This document shows positions 9,359 to 19,393 of a DNA stretch of 64,000 nt, piece by piece. A model generated the notes under the pieces. The model saw only the letters and a list, made by a program, of their open reading frames with translations. It had not been told where the DNA came from and ran no database searches. Both the position numbers and the translations under genes were made by a program. Every line of letters starts with the position of its first letter. Position 1 is the stretch's first letter. This stretch comes from Clostridium sp. (lineage in GTDB: Bacteria; Bacillota; Clostridia; Clostridiales; Clostridiaceae): positions 12,857 to 76,856 of the forward strand of contig JBOFVP010000168.1 of NCBI GenBank assembly GCA_051653165.1, given 5' to 3'.

Positions 9359-11648
9359 TTTTCATCACCTCCAAATTACTCATTATACTTTTTAGTTCAT
9401 CAATATCCTTCTCTTTAGCTTCTAACCTACATTTATAACCTTCTATTGAAGTGCTCCCATTAATAATTGCATTTATCCTTTCCTCTTCCCTTTTAATAAA
9501 CTTCGTACATTCTAAAACAATCTCATCTTGAAGTAATTTCTTATTACAAGAAAAATCCTCATCTATCTTATTTATAATTATATCTATAACACTGCTTTTT
9601 TTATCTTCTGTGTTTCCAAATAAATACTCCTCAATCCCCTGACTTAATTCCTTTTTTCTTAACTTTAGAAAATCACCCTTAGCCTTAGATTCATAGAGTG
9701 TTAATTCATCTTCCTTAATTTTAATTTGTTCTTTTAAAAACTCAACTTTATCTCTACTTCGTTCAATAATAAAGCTATTCTTTAACAATTCATCTTCTAT
9801 GGTATTAATATTTTTCTTAAGCTTAATCATCTCGCACTCAATATCTCTTTTTTGATTTACATAATTAATTTCAATTTCTCTCTTTCTGCGTTTCCATTCT
9901 TCATTACTCTTGTTACTATATCCAGCTATAATTTTATTAATTATTTTAGTACCAAGGATAAACCCTAAAACCCCATCTCTTCCTTCTCTTATCCTTATGT
10001 TCTCTTCATTATCTTCTCTATTTGGAATAGCTCCTAAAGAAGTTAAATTCTTCTTGAAATTAATTTCTAATCTTTCCTTCATAATTCCATCCACTACATA
10101 TTTATCATTCTCATATTTATATTCCTTTGTTATTTCTAAATTTTTATTTAAAGCCTCCTTAAGACTCTCCCTAACCTCGTAGTACTCATTCTTTTTGCTT
10201 AATATTTCATTTTTTTTATCATCAAATAAGTTTCTAAATTCGTTTTTAGTGTAATTTTTAATTTCACTGGTTTTAATTTTTAGTTCTTTATTTATTGATT
10301 CCCCAGTATAACTACTTATTCTAGTAAGAGTATTTTTATAAATCTCTTGTATAATTAATTCTTCATTTTCATTTAATTTACTATTTAAATCCTGAACTTG
10401 TTTATTTAAAATTATTATATACTTAGTAGTATTCATTAAAGCTTCATAGTTTCTTTCTTCTCTAATTAGCTGGATTACATTTTCATATATTAAATTTAGA
10501 GATGATTCTACATCTTTAATTAGAACTTTTCTATACTTTATAAATTGACTATCTATTAAATTTTGTAGAGCTTCAATAATATTGTCCTTATTATCACTTA
10601 ACTCCTTAATATTCCTTTTAACTCTTCTAATATCTCTATATTCATCAGTATCCTCTATCCTTATACGTTCTTCATTAAGGTAATGCACTTCTCTTAAAAT
10701 TACATCATCTAAAAATTTAATTAACGAATGTCTAGTTGCTCTTATTTTTATACTTCCCTCATTACATACCAAATGCTTTATCTCACTCTCTAACTCCTCT
10801 ATATTGGAATCCTTAATCAGATTTTTACGTTTTTCTTCATTTAATTCTACATCGTCGTTCCTATATAACCTTTTAATACTATAATCCCTACCACACAAAG
10901 CTTTTAAAGCTGAAATACCAATTATCTTATAATTTATATTTAAATTATTATCTTTTATTATCTTTTCTAATATTACACTTAATGTATTTAGCTTTTTTTC
11001 AACTGTTTCTCCCTCACCCTTTTTTATTTCATCTATAAAGTTTTGAATAAAAATAAAATTATTGTGATATGTTAATAGTATTTTTAAAAAATCTCTATCC
11101 CATGTTGAAATGCCATTTTTCTGCAACACATATAACAAACAATGTGAACTTTTAATTTCTCTAAGAGTTATTTCTCTATGTTTATCTGCTATACCATTTA
11201 ATCCAGGAGTATCAACGATAATCAGTTCCTTATATTCCTCCTTGGTAAATTCTGAATTTTTTAAATCCGTATAAATCATAACATTCTCTACTGTATCAGC
11301 TACATCACATCCTTTTGTGGTTGAAAAATCCAAGATTTTCTCTAAGGTTTCACTTGTAATATTTTCACCATTCTTAAGGTTAATAACCATTTTTATGTTA
11401 TCTTCTCTCTTAAAATTATTGATATTAGTTATTGTTGCTGTGGTCTCTACTGTCCCATGACTTAATATATCTTGTCCTATTATTGCATTTATTAAGGTTG
11501 ACTTACCTGAACTAAATTCTCCAAGTACACCTACTTTAAATTTATTTGAGTTGTATCTAACTAGTATTTCATCAAGTCTATTTGAATATTGCTTATTTGA
11601 TTTAATAAGATTATTCTTTAATAACTTATCTAATTCTTTAATTATCAC
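9351..11648 (-). CDS. Bacterial dynamin-like GTPase (DLP) 1
   Basis: G1 GEFSSGKS, G2 ETTAT, G3 DTPG, atypical G4 NFID, coiled-coil stalk with a GVLGFILG hydrophobic tip; 8-bp overlap with the next gene. Confidence 0.92.
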   Translation of the reverse strand: MIIKELDKLLKNNLIKSNKQYSNRLDEILVRYNSNKFKVGVLGEFSSGKSTLINAIIGQDILSHGTVETTATITNINNFKREDNIKMVINLKNGENITSETLEKILDFSTTKGCDVADTVENVMIYTDLKNSEFTKEEYKELIIVDTPGLNGIADKHREITLREIKSSHCLLYVLQKNGISTWDRDFLKILLTYHNNFIFIQNFIDEIKKGEGETVEKKLNTLSVILEKIIKDNNLNINYKIIGISALKALCGRDYSIKRLYRNDDVELNEEKRKNLIKDSNIEELESEIKHLVCNEGSIKIRATRHSLIKFLDDVILREVHYLNEERIRIEDTDEYRDIRRVKRNIKELSDNKDNIIEALQNLIDSQFIKYRKVLIKDVESSLNLIYENVIQLIREERNYEALMNTTKYIIILNKQVQDLNSKLNENEELIIQEIYKNTLTRISSYTGESINKELKIKTSEIKNYTKNEFRNLFDDKKNEILSKKNEYYEVRESLKEALNKNLEITKEYKYENDKYVVDGIMKERLEINFKKNLTSLGAIPNREDNEENIRIREGRDGVLGFILGTKIINKIIAGYSNKSNEEWKRRKREIEINYVNQKRDIECEMIKLKKNINTIEDELLKNSFIIERSRDKVEFLKEQIKIKEDELTLYESKAKGDFLKLRKKELSQGIEEYLFGNTEDKKSSVIDIIINKIDEDFSCNKKLLQDEIVLECTKFIKREEERINAIINGSTSIEGYKCRLEAKEKDIDELKSIMSNLEVMKIE

Positions 11649-11868
11649 CTTTCTTACCTAACCTATTAATTTCTATATTATTAAATATATAAAACATACA
11701 TAAAAGTTATTACATAAAATAATTCCAAAGACAACTTGGATACATAGATTATTTTTAGCCTATTTAATTTCCTATATAATAAATAAGTTCCTTTAAATGT
11801 AAAAGAAATTACACGATATTAAATAATCATGTAATTTCTCCTTGAGTGTGAATATGATCTTTAACAAA

Positions 11869-11946
11869 TTAGATGATTTCTACATCTTCAACTGCTTTCT
11901 TCTTCTTATCTTTTGATTTTGGTTTTGGTCCTTTATTCTTTGCCAT
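11869..11946 (-). CDS. Unannotated 25-aa lysine-rich peptide MAKNKGPKPKSKDKKKKAVEDVEII
   Basis: Read from sequence: AAAGGAG RBS 9 nt upstream of ATG, SigG-like promoter upstream, hairpin downstream at about 11804-11839. Confidence 0.65.
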   Translation of the reverse strand: MAKNKGPKPKSKDKKKKAVEDVEII

Positions 11947-11979
11947 TTAATACAACTCCTTTCTTTCACTTTACACTCA

Positions 11980-12009
11980 TAGTATTAAACATGACCACTT
12001 TTTATATTC
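11980..12009 (-). promoter_or_regulatory. Putative SigG-type promoter of the 25-aa peptide
   Basis: Minus strand GAATA-N18-AATACTA. Confidence 0.5.
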
Positions 12010-12140
12010 CTTGTAATTTTTACTAGTACACTAAATTACTAAGCTTATGTCGTGAGTATTAGCCATAATATAAATAAGTTGACTATTCTCTTTAAATACT
12101 ATACAGTATATTTACATAATAAATATTGGAGGATTACTAT

Positions 12141-12554
12141 ATGTATATTGCATTTGGTACAAGAGTTGTAGACTCAATGGATTTTAAAAACATTATAGAG
12201 GAAAATTCAGATTTTAAAGTAATAAAAGATATGAGTAAAGGTTCTAAGCGTGAGGATATCGTTGCCTTTAACCTTTCAGTTTCTATAGAAACCTTAAATG
12301 AAATTATTTCAGAAGATAATGATATTTCAACCCTTACAGAGGATGAATTATTTGATGAATATCTTTCACTAGCTGAAGAATTAGCTGTTGAAGCAGAAGA
12401 AGCTCTTCCTGATGATTCCATAGCCTTATATGCATCATATAAATGGGATAAATCAGATAATGATGTTAAGGTTGTATTTGCAATTTGTAATGTTGAGCTT
12501 GGTGAAAATAAACTTAAGGATGTTCTAAGAAGACTACTAACACAAGTTGAATAA
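12141..12554 (+). CDS. Acidic hypothetical protein
   Basis: GGAGG RBS before ATG 12141; Asp/Glu rich; hairpin downstream. Confidence 0.75.
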   Translation: MYIAFGTRVVDSMDFKNIIEENSDFKVIKDMSKGSKREDIVAFNLSVSIETLNEIISEDNDISTLTEDELFDEYLSLAEELAVEAEEALPDDSIALYASYKWDKSDNDVKVVFAICNVELGENKLKDVLRRLLTQVE

Positions 12555-12699
12555 AAAAAAATGTATAGTCAATATGTAGTTTAGCAGTACATTTCATTGA
12601 CTATACTCTATTTTGAATCTGAAAAATAAATATATTAAAAAAGGGGGACTACTATATAGTATGTCCCCTAGTATTATATGTGAAAACATTTTCTAAAAA

Positions 12700-13257
12700 T
12701 TAATTTCTAATATTCTTTATTAAATCATCATATTCTATTTCAAATATTTTTGTATTATGAATAGAATCTACAATAAAATTAAATCCTAACCCATTAGCAA
12801 AGGTTTCTCCATCAATAGTTGCTGTATCAATAATTACCTTATTAAATCTTATATTATTACTAGTTTTTTGTTCATATAGTTCTTTATAAGAGTTTAGTAA
12901 TAACTTTAGTGCTGAACTCCCTTTATATTCCTTTGAAATAGCAACACAACTCAAAAATAAATTATAGGCTCCACCTGACTTAATCTCATCAAAACTTAAT
13001 ATATCTGTATATTTTAAATTTTGGTCATTGTATTTACCACACTTTATTTCATGATAGAGTGAATTTCTAATTGGAAAAAGACACATGAACCCAATTATAT
13101 TACTATTATCTTCAATACAGAAAAATGACTCTTTTCTATATTTATACCATTTAAAGCACTCCTCAACAGGAGTAATTAATTCTTTATTATAATATTCCTC
13201 TTCAATAGCATACATAGTCTCAAAATCCTTATATACTATGTTTTTCTTTATCTTCAT
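12700..13257 (-). CDS. GNAT-family acetyltransferase-like protein
   Basis: IIGFMCLFPI, LSCVAISKEYKG (acetyl-CoA motif A-like) and FANGLGF. Confidence 0.65.
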   Translation of the reverse strand: MKIKKNIVYKDFETMYAIEEEYYNKELITPVEECFKWYKYRKESFFCIEDNSNIIGFMCLFPIRNSLYHEIKCGKYNDQNLKYTDILSFDEIKSGGAYNLFLSCVAISKEYKGSSALKLLLNSYKELYEQKTSNNIRFNKVIIDTATIDGETFANGLGFNFIVDSIHNTKIFEIEYDDLIKNIRN

Positions 13258-13345
13258 ATTGAAAACTCCTAAATCATTAGTTTTAAAATATTATAACATA
13301 TAATCTATACTTTAAATATTATTTACCATATAAACTCCTATAGCC

Positions 13346-16300
13346 CTACAGACATGCTTTTATTTCATATAATATTTCACTAAAGACCCTACTATCAATT
13401 TCTTTTAATTTATGGCATTTTCCCTTTGAAATGAACTTTAACTTACCTAGCTTGCTTTCCCCTGCATAATCATAAGCCACGCTTATACCATCATTTTCAA
13501 GTGTAACTTGTATTCCATTTGGAAGGTTTCTAATTAATCCATAATAGAATCCAGCATCTTCAATTACATCTCTTTCCCATCCAAACTTACTAAGCTTATT
13601 ATAAAGTGAATATCCATTAACCTCCAAACTATTAAACTCATCATATGAATCTAATTCTTTCATCTCATCATCTAAGAAGTAAAAACCTCTTTCTATTTGA
13701 TTAAATGGTTGAATAATCTCATAATCATCAAATTGCTCTCTCCAAGAAGATAACTCCTCTTTAGAAAGTTCCAATGGATGTACTAAGGATATATACATAC
13801 CTTCAACTATTTCAAAATCATCCTCATCATGTGTTGTAAATCCTCCATCTTCTAAATATCTAAAGGTTTTTATTAAGCTTCCCTCTTCATATACTCCCCA
13901 TATTAATCCTAAAGCAAATTTAGTCATAATAGGATTTTCAACGAAGACCTTATTAAAACTTTCATAAGACCACATTCTTTTTGAAATAAGTACCCCTTCT
14001 AACCTTCCACACTGGATGGCAACAGTACTTTTCAAATCCTTTTTTAGTTGCTTGAATTCCTTGTCACAAGTTTTAACTAAATCCTCATTATCACTCTTAT
14101 TCCCCTTTGGTAAATTTTTAAATTTCTTACCCTTACTATCACTAATCTCCATAGTATTATCAATTAATAACTTAACTGTAAATTCTCTATCACCATAAGA
14201 AAATATTCGTTCTCCTCTATTATTAAAACCTAATGTAGGAATTATTATATCTTCAAGTTCATCTCGTGTAATGCCTCTATTAATTGCTACTACTTCTAAA
14301 CACTCATTAGCCTTTACTTTAATCTTTCTATACTTAAACTTAATGGCAATAGAGTTAATATAATTAATTGCCATATCATTTGAACTAAGTGTTAATGAAT
14401 TTAGAGACTCCATAGCCATTGCATGTCTTGCATTATCACTAAAATCCTTTATTTTATTAAATATTATAGAAAGACAATCATCCCCTCCATTTTCTCCAAC
14501 AAAGGCTAATACCCACTTTTCCTTTGCCTCAGCCCCACTGCTAAGCCACACATTTAAAATATAAAAAGCAAATTTTTTCAAATCATCTTTATCTAATTCT
14601 TTAAGAATAAATTCAATATCACGATTTTTTACCACGTAAGTGTTATTAACATATGTTTTTAAAACATATTTTACAACATCAATTGGAACATCTTCACTAT
14701 CTCCAGTCCATCTTATTTTTGGTGCTAACTCAAAATCAAATGCTGTTAATCCTTTATTTCCACGTCTATCCCCTCTTATTATTGAGAGTATATAATCTCT
14801 ACCTCCCCCTTTAGACATTTCCTTTAATTTTTTATGTTGAAAATAACGATTTATATTATCCTTAATAACCTTTGAAGTTTCATTTTTTAAGATATTCTCT
14901 AAAAATTCATCCTTTTTATCATGCTCTATGGAAAGAACATATAAAATTACACCTTTTCTTATTTCTAAATCTACAAGATTACAATTTTTAGTCATGTCAT
15001 TATAATATTTTTTATTACCTTGAATCTTATCTACAATATATTTTATTGCATCAATATTACCTGAATTAATAATATATGACCCATAAGTTAATAATTCATC
15101 ACCAATTACCTCATATATTTCATCAAGCCAATGAACCCAATTATATATACTATTTTCTCTTAGTACTTCTAGAATTACCTTATATCTTTCTAATACTATT
15201 GGTCCTATTTTTTGATAATATCCATCTCTTAGCTTTACAATATGCATATCTAATGCATCCTTATCCTTTACACCAAGTGATATTATATAATTTATGAGGG
15301 TTGGAAACTCTCTTAAGGTATTATCCATAAATCCTAATGCTCTAACTAAATGACTACAGCAAGTAGAATATGATCTTCTATAAATAAAAGATAAATATTT
15401 TTTAAATACTGTTGGTTTATAATCTACTAAAGCCATGGCTCCAATACTTTTAAAAACACTTATTATTCCTTCATTTCGTTCAAAAATATATACAAAATCT
15501 GATGAACAACTTTCATCATTTACTAATCTTTCAAACTCCTCCTTAACATTTTTTATGTTTAATCTTTTCTCGAATTCTTTTATTACCATTTCTATTGATA
15601 ATTCTTCTAATATTTCATTATTTACTTTCATCATTCCATGGAGTATATATTCAAAATGTAGTTCTTTAGTTTCCTTGAATATATCAATACATTTTAAAAT
15701 TACACTATCATCCCACTTGTATTCTATGAAACAATTAGGATATATAACTAAAGGATTTTCACCACTTATAATAGAACATAATATAATATGTTCAGGCACC
15801 TTAAACTTTAGGAGTACCTTTACAGCCTCCATTCTTTCCTTATCTGAAAGTATAGCAATTAATCTTTCTATTTTTAAAATTGCATTATCCTCTATAAGTT
15901 TATGAATTAAATTAAGTTCCTTTTCTTCTAAGTCAATTATCTTTAAAATTTCTATTAAAAAAATCATTGAATTAGTAAGAGCACCTTTACTTCTATCAAT
16001 AATCCTATTAATTTCAAAATTTCCATTGCCACTTCTATCTTCTTTAAAAACAGTGAAAAGTATGTTAAATAATGCCTCTTTACTCTCCATTTCAATTAGA
16101 TACTTTGTAAAAATGTATATACCCTCAATTATTGTAACTGAAATCTCAATTCCTTGCCCTTTTCTTTTACGTATTCCATTAATTTTATCATTAAGGATAG
16201 AGTTAAGTAATTCAGTATTTAATATATTTTTATTTCTGTTAATAAATCCAATAAACTCTCTCTCACTTTCTATTCTATGTCTAAACAGTTGTGCAGGCTC

Positions 16301-16693
16301 AATATATCTAGTTAAATACTTTATAGTCTTTTCTAGGGATATTTCATTTAAATTTATTAAATCAATTAAAACCTCTTCATTTATGGTTATTAATCTATCA
16401 ATAAATATTTCTTCTGAAGATTCATTTAGAATACACCTCATTATAGCCATGGTTTTTATTAATATTTCAATTTTATCCTCACATTTCATTGAATACTCAA
16501 TTAAGCTTTCTAATGAGTTTGAGTAATGTACCCGTGACTGTGCAGTAATATGTGATAAATAATATTTTTCATCAATTTCTCCTCTCATAAAATCCTCATA
16601 ATCATCTATTACCTTTTGATCTTGATTATAAACCTTAAGAAGATTTGTCCCATATTTTAATAGTATCTTATTTATTTCCATAACCCACCTCAA
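13346..16693 (-). CDS. DUF4132 domain protein (YehI/MolR-like)
   Basis: C-terminal ELEDIIIPTLGF...YGDREFTV...RLEGVL...W...NPIMTKFALGLIWG...HPLEL...W...DYEIIQPFNQIER; position in a yeh-type operon. Confidence 0.85.
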   Translation of the reverse strand: MRWVMEINKILLKYGTNLLKVYNQDQKVIDDYEDFMRGEIDEKYYLSHITAQSRVHYSNSLESLIEYSMKCEDKIEILIKTMAIMRCILNESSEEIFIDRLITINEEVLIDLINLNEISLEKTIKYLTRYIEPAQLFRHRIESEREFIGFINRNKNILNTELLNSILNDKINGIRKRKGQGIEISVTIIEGIYIFTKYLIEMESKEALFNILFTVFKEDRSGNGNFEINRIIDRSKGALTNSMIFLIEILKIIDLEEKELNLIHKLIEDNAILKIERLIAILSDKERMEAVKVLLKFKVPEHIILCSIISGENPLVIYPNCFIEYKWDDSVILKCIDIFKETKELHFEYILHGMMKVNNEILEELSIEMVIKEFEKRLNIKNVKEEFERLVNDESCSSDFVYIFERNEGIISVFKSIGAMALVDYKPTVFKKYLSFIYRRSYSTCCSHLVRALGFMDNTLREFPTLINYIISLGVKDKDALDMHIVKLRDGYYQKIGPIVLERYKVILEVLRENSIYNWVHWLDEIYEVIGDELLTYGSYIINSGNIDAIKYIVDKIQGNKKYYNDMTKNCNLVDLEIRKGVILYVLSIEHDKKDEFLENILKNETSKVIKDNINRYFQHKKLKEMSKGGGRDYILSIIRGDRRGNKGLTAFDFELAPKIRWTGDSEDVPIDVVKYVLKTYVNNTYVVKNRDIEFILKELDKDDLKKFAFYILNVWLSSGAEAKEKWVLAFVGENGGDDCLSIIFNKIKDFSDNARHAMAMESLNSLTLSSNDMAINYINSIAIKFKYRKIKVKANECLEVVAINRGITRDELEDIIIPTLGFNNRGERIFSYGDREFTVKLLIDNTMEISDSKGKKFKNLPKGNKSDNEDLVKTCDKEFKQLKKDLKSTVAIQCGRLEGVLISKRMWSYESFNKVFVENPIMTKFALGLIWGVYEEGSLIKTFRYLEDGGFTTHDEDDFEIVEGMYISLVHPLELSKEELSSWREQFDDYEIIQPFNQIERGFYFLDDEMKELDSYDEFNSLEVNGYSLYNKLSKFGWERDVIEDAGFYYGLIRNLPNGIQVTLENDGISVAYDYAGESKLGKLKFISKGKCHKLKEIDSRVFSEILYEIKACL

Positions 16694-16694
16694 A

Positions 16695-16952
16695 TTACAT
16701 CATTTTAAAATTCATTATCTTTACATATTCTAAGAGCTTCGAAAGCAAAAATGCTACTTCCTTAGCATTATAGATATTCTCTCTTATTCCCCTTAAAATA
16801 ACGCTCCCATAGGAAAGCCCTAGTGAAATAGCTCTACCCTCTAACTCCATAAATCTTTCCTCATCACTTCTGTTTAATGCTCCTACTCCACATAGTAATA
16901 TTTCTTTCAAATAATCTCTTATATCATTTACAAACTCCCTTAAAAGTTCCAT
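16695..16952 (-). CDS. Hypothetical 85-aa helical protein of the yeh-type operon
   Basis: GAGG RBS, tight spacing; resembles the central region of the upstream SWIM protein. Confidence 0.7.
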   Translation of the reverse strand: MELLREFVNDIRDYLKEILLCGVGALNRSDEERFMELEGRAISLGLSYGSVILRGIRENIYNAKEVAFLLSKLLEYVKIMNFKMM

Positions 16953-16961
16953 AGTTAACTC

Positions 16962-18323
16962 CTATTCAAATATGTTTATAATACTTCCATTGTCAAAAAA
17001 TGAAATTGGAACAACTACTTTTTCAATATCATCGGAATATATTTTACAAAAAACATATTCGCTTAATCCATTTTTATATAAATTCTTCATTTTCTCAATT
17101 GCTCTTTCATTTTCCACATTATTTTTTATCTTAATCCTTATAACATTCTTGTTTATATCAAATATATCTAATGAAAAGTCTAATGTTATATTATCAATAA
17201 TTACCTCCCCAAAATGACTTACATAAATAAAGGAATAATTAATCCTTTCAAAATCATACTTAATTTCTTTAAAGTCATTTATAAAGTTTATTTCTTTTAT
17301 AGCATCTCTTCCCCTAAACTTGTCGCAGGATGAACAGGTAACTTCTTTAGATGTTGTTAATCTATTGTTAGAATTTGATCTTAAATTATTCAATCTTATC
17401 CTTAATGAAAGTAGATTTCTACAAGCCCCTCCAATCCCCCATGGTGAAGGTAGTGCCCATAATTCCCTCCTCGTTACTCCACTGTTATAAATATTACCTC
17501 TTGCATTTGTTATTGTAAAAATATCATCTAATTCTTTAGAGTATAAAAAAATTGTAACCCCTTCAAATCCAGATTTTGTTTTGAAATATTCCCCACCTAC
17601 TGTTAAAAATTCTCCACTAACATCTATATTGTAGGTATCCTTCTTTGATATATTTAAGTTGTATTGCTCCTTAGGCATTTCCTCAAGCTGCTTTATTTCT
17701 AATATAACCCTTGTAATAGTATTTAAGTAATTATTAAAATCGAATAAAGATGACTTATCAAGATAATTTGATACTTCTGTAATAATAATTCTTATTTTCT
17801 TCTCTAATGATGTTAAGTTTCCTCCCTTACAAAATATGGCACCCTGCTCTAAGTCATTAATAATCCCCCTTTGACATTTAGCTAGTCCTATTTTAAACAG
17901 CTCATAAATAATATCCTTTGAATAATTCAAAGCCTTAATAGATTCATCATATAAGTCAATTACTACTTCCTTTTTAGTTAAACTTTTCTTTTCCTTTGGT
18001 ACAATTAAATTTTCTTCTTTTAAATCCCCAATAAAGAAATCGCCCTTAACATTTTTAATATATAAGTAACCAATTATTACATGCTTACATATGCTTCTTG
18101 AAGGACATGTACATTTAAACTTTGATGGTTCAGTAGTAAGTTCTACTTTAAAGTCATCTCCCTGAACAGATATTGAATGTTCTAGTTCCTCAATTTCAAA
18201 AACCTTTCCCTCCATCTCTTTTAACGCTCTCTTAAGAGTCCCCTTATTACTTATTGAAATAATAAACTCTTCATTTAAATTCTTTAATAATGCCCCAAAG
18301 CCTGAAATTATACTATCTTGCAT
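16962..18323 (-). CDS. SWIM zinc-finger protein (YehQ-like)
   Basis: CTCPSRSICKH (CxC...CxH) motif; N-terminal SNKGTLKRALKE. Confidence 0.88.
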   Translation of the reverse strand: MQDSIISGFGALLKNLNEEFIISISNKGTLKRALKEMEGKVFEIEELEHSISVQGDDFKVELTTEPSKFKCTCPSRSICKHVIIGYLYIKNVKGDFFIGDLKEENLIVPKEKKSLTKKEVVIDLYDESIKALNYSKDIIYELFKIGLAKCQRGIINDLEQGAIFCKGGNLTSLEKKIRIIITEVSNYLDKSSLFDFNNYLNTITRVILEIKQLEEMPKEQYNLNISKKDTYNIDVSGEFLTVGGEYFKTKSGFEGVTIFLYSKELDDIFTITNARGNIYNSGVTRRELWALPSPWGIGGACRNLLSLRIRLNNLRSNSNNRLTTSKEVTCSSCDKFRGRDAIKEINFINDFKEIKYDFERINYSFIYVSHFGEVIIDNITLDFSLDIFDINKNVIRIKIKNNVENERAIEKMKNLYKNGLSEYVFCKIYSDDIEKVVVPISFFDNGSIINIFE

Positions 18324-19393
18324 ATTAGATCCACCAACCCCTCTGGTGTTGTTTCTAAAACATATCCACCAAGCTTTGATATTTTTTTCGCAGCATCTTT
18401 ATTATAATTCCCATTACATTCATAATCTAAAGAGGTTATAACTATTAATTTACTACCTCCTTCAATAATATCCCTACACTTCTTATAAAGATGCTTAATA
18501 TCATATCCTTCATACAAATCAGTAACTAAAACCACAATACTCTTTAAAGGATTGTCTATTATCTCTTCACAATAAGAAAGCGCTTTAGCTATATTTGTAC
18601 CTCCACCTAATTGTACTGACATTAACGTCTCTACAGGGTCCTCTACATACTCTGTTAAATCTACTACCTGTGTATCAAAAATTATTAGTTTTGTCTTAAA
18701 TTGAGGAAGGTAATAAAATATAGATGCCATAATTGATGAGTGAATAACGCTATCTAACATACTTCCACTTTCATCTACTGCAATAATAATGTTGTATGGA
18801 TTGTAATTTCTACTTCTTCCATAAAAATAAACCTTATCAATACCAATAATTTCATTTTCTCTATCATAATTTTTAAGATTTTTTATTATAGTCTTTTTTA
18901 TATTTAGATTTTGCGGTGATTTAATAAATCCGTTTGTATATTTATTTAATGTTCCTCCAATGGTTTTTTGTATTTCTTTTTCCATCTTTTCCTTTAATGA
19001 CTTAACAATTTCACGAACAATTCCTCTTGCCGTAATTAAAACTTCATTATGCATTAATGACTTCACGCTCATAATACTTTTTAATAAGTCCACATTAGGT
19101 TCTAAGCTCATTAATACATCCTTATTAGTTAATAGTTCCTTTAGGTTATACTCCTTTAAAGCATGATGCTGAAGTGTTTTAGCCCCTTCCTTTGGAAATA
19201 GTTTCTTTACTTTATTAATCCACAGCGGAACAGTTAAATTTCTTCCGGATAAATTACTTGATCCCTTTCCCCTATCATATAGGAATTCTAACGTTTCATT
19301 TACTCCTACATACTCTTCTAAAATATCTAAATTCTCTTCACTTCCTTTTCCAAGTATTAGTCTCCATCTATTTACTTGTTCCGAATTACTCAA
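18308..19393 (-). CDS. VWA domain protein (YehP/CoxE-like)
   Basis: MIDAS VDESGSM, GGGTNI, VTDLYEG; N-terminal RWRLILG. Confidence 0.92.
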   Translation of the reverse strand: MSNSEQVNRWRLILGKGSEENLDILEEYVGVNETLEFLYDRGKGSSNLSGRNLTVPLWINKVKKLFPKEGAKTLQHHALKEYNLKELLTNKDVLMSLEPNVDLLKSIMSVKSLMHNEVLITARGIVREIVKSLKEKMEKEIQKTIGGTLNKYTNGFIKSPQNLNIKKTIIKNLKNYDRENEIIGIDKVYFYGRSRNYNPYNIIIAVDESGSMLDSVIHSSIMASIFYYLPQFKTKLIIFDTQVVDLTEYVEDPVETLMSVQLGGGTNIAKALSYCEEIIDNPLKSIVVLVTDLYEGYDIKHLYKKCRDIIEGGSKLIVITSLDYECNGNYNKDAAKKISKLGGYVLETTPEGLVDLICKIV

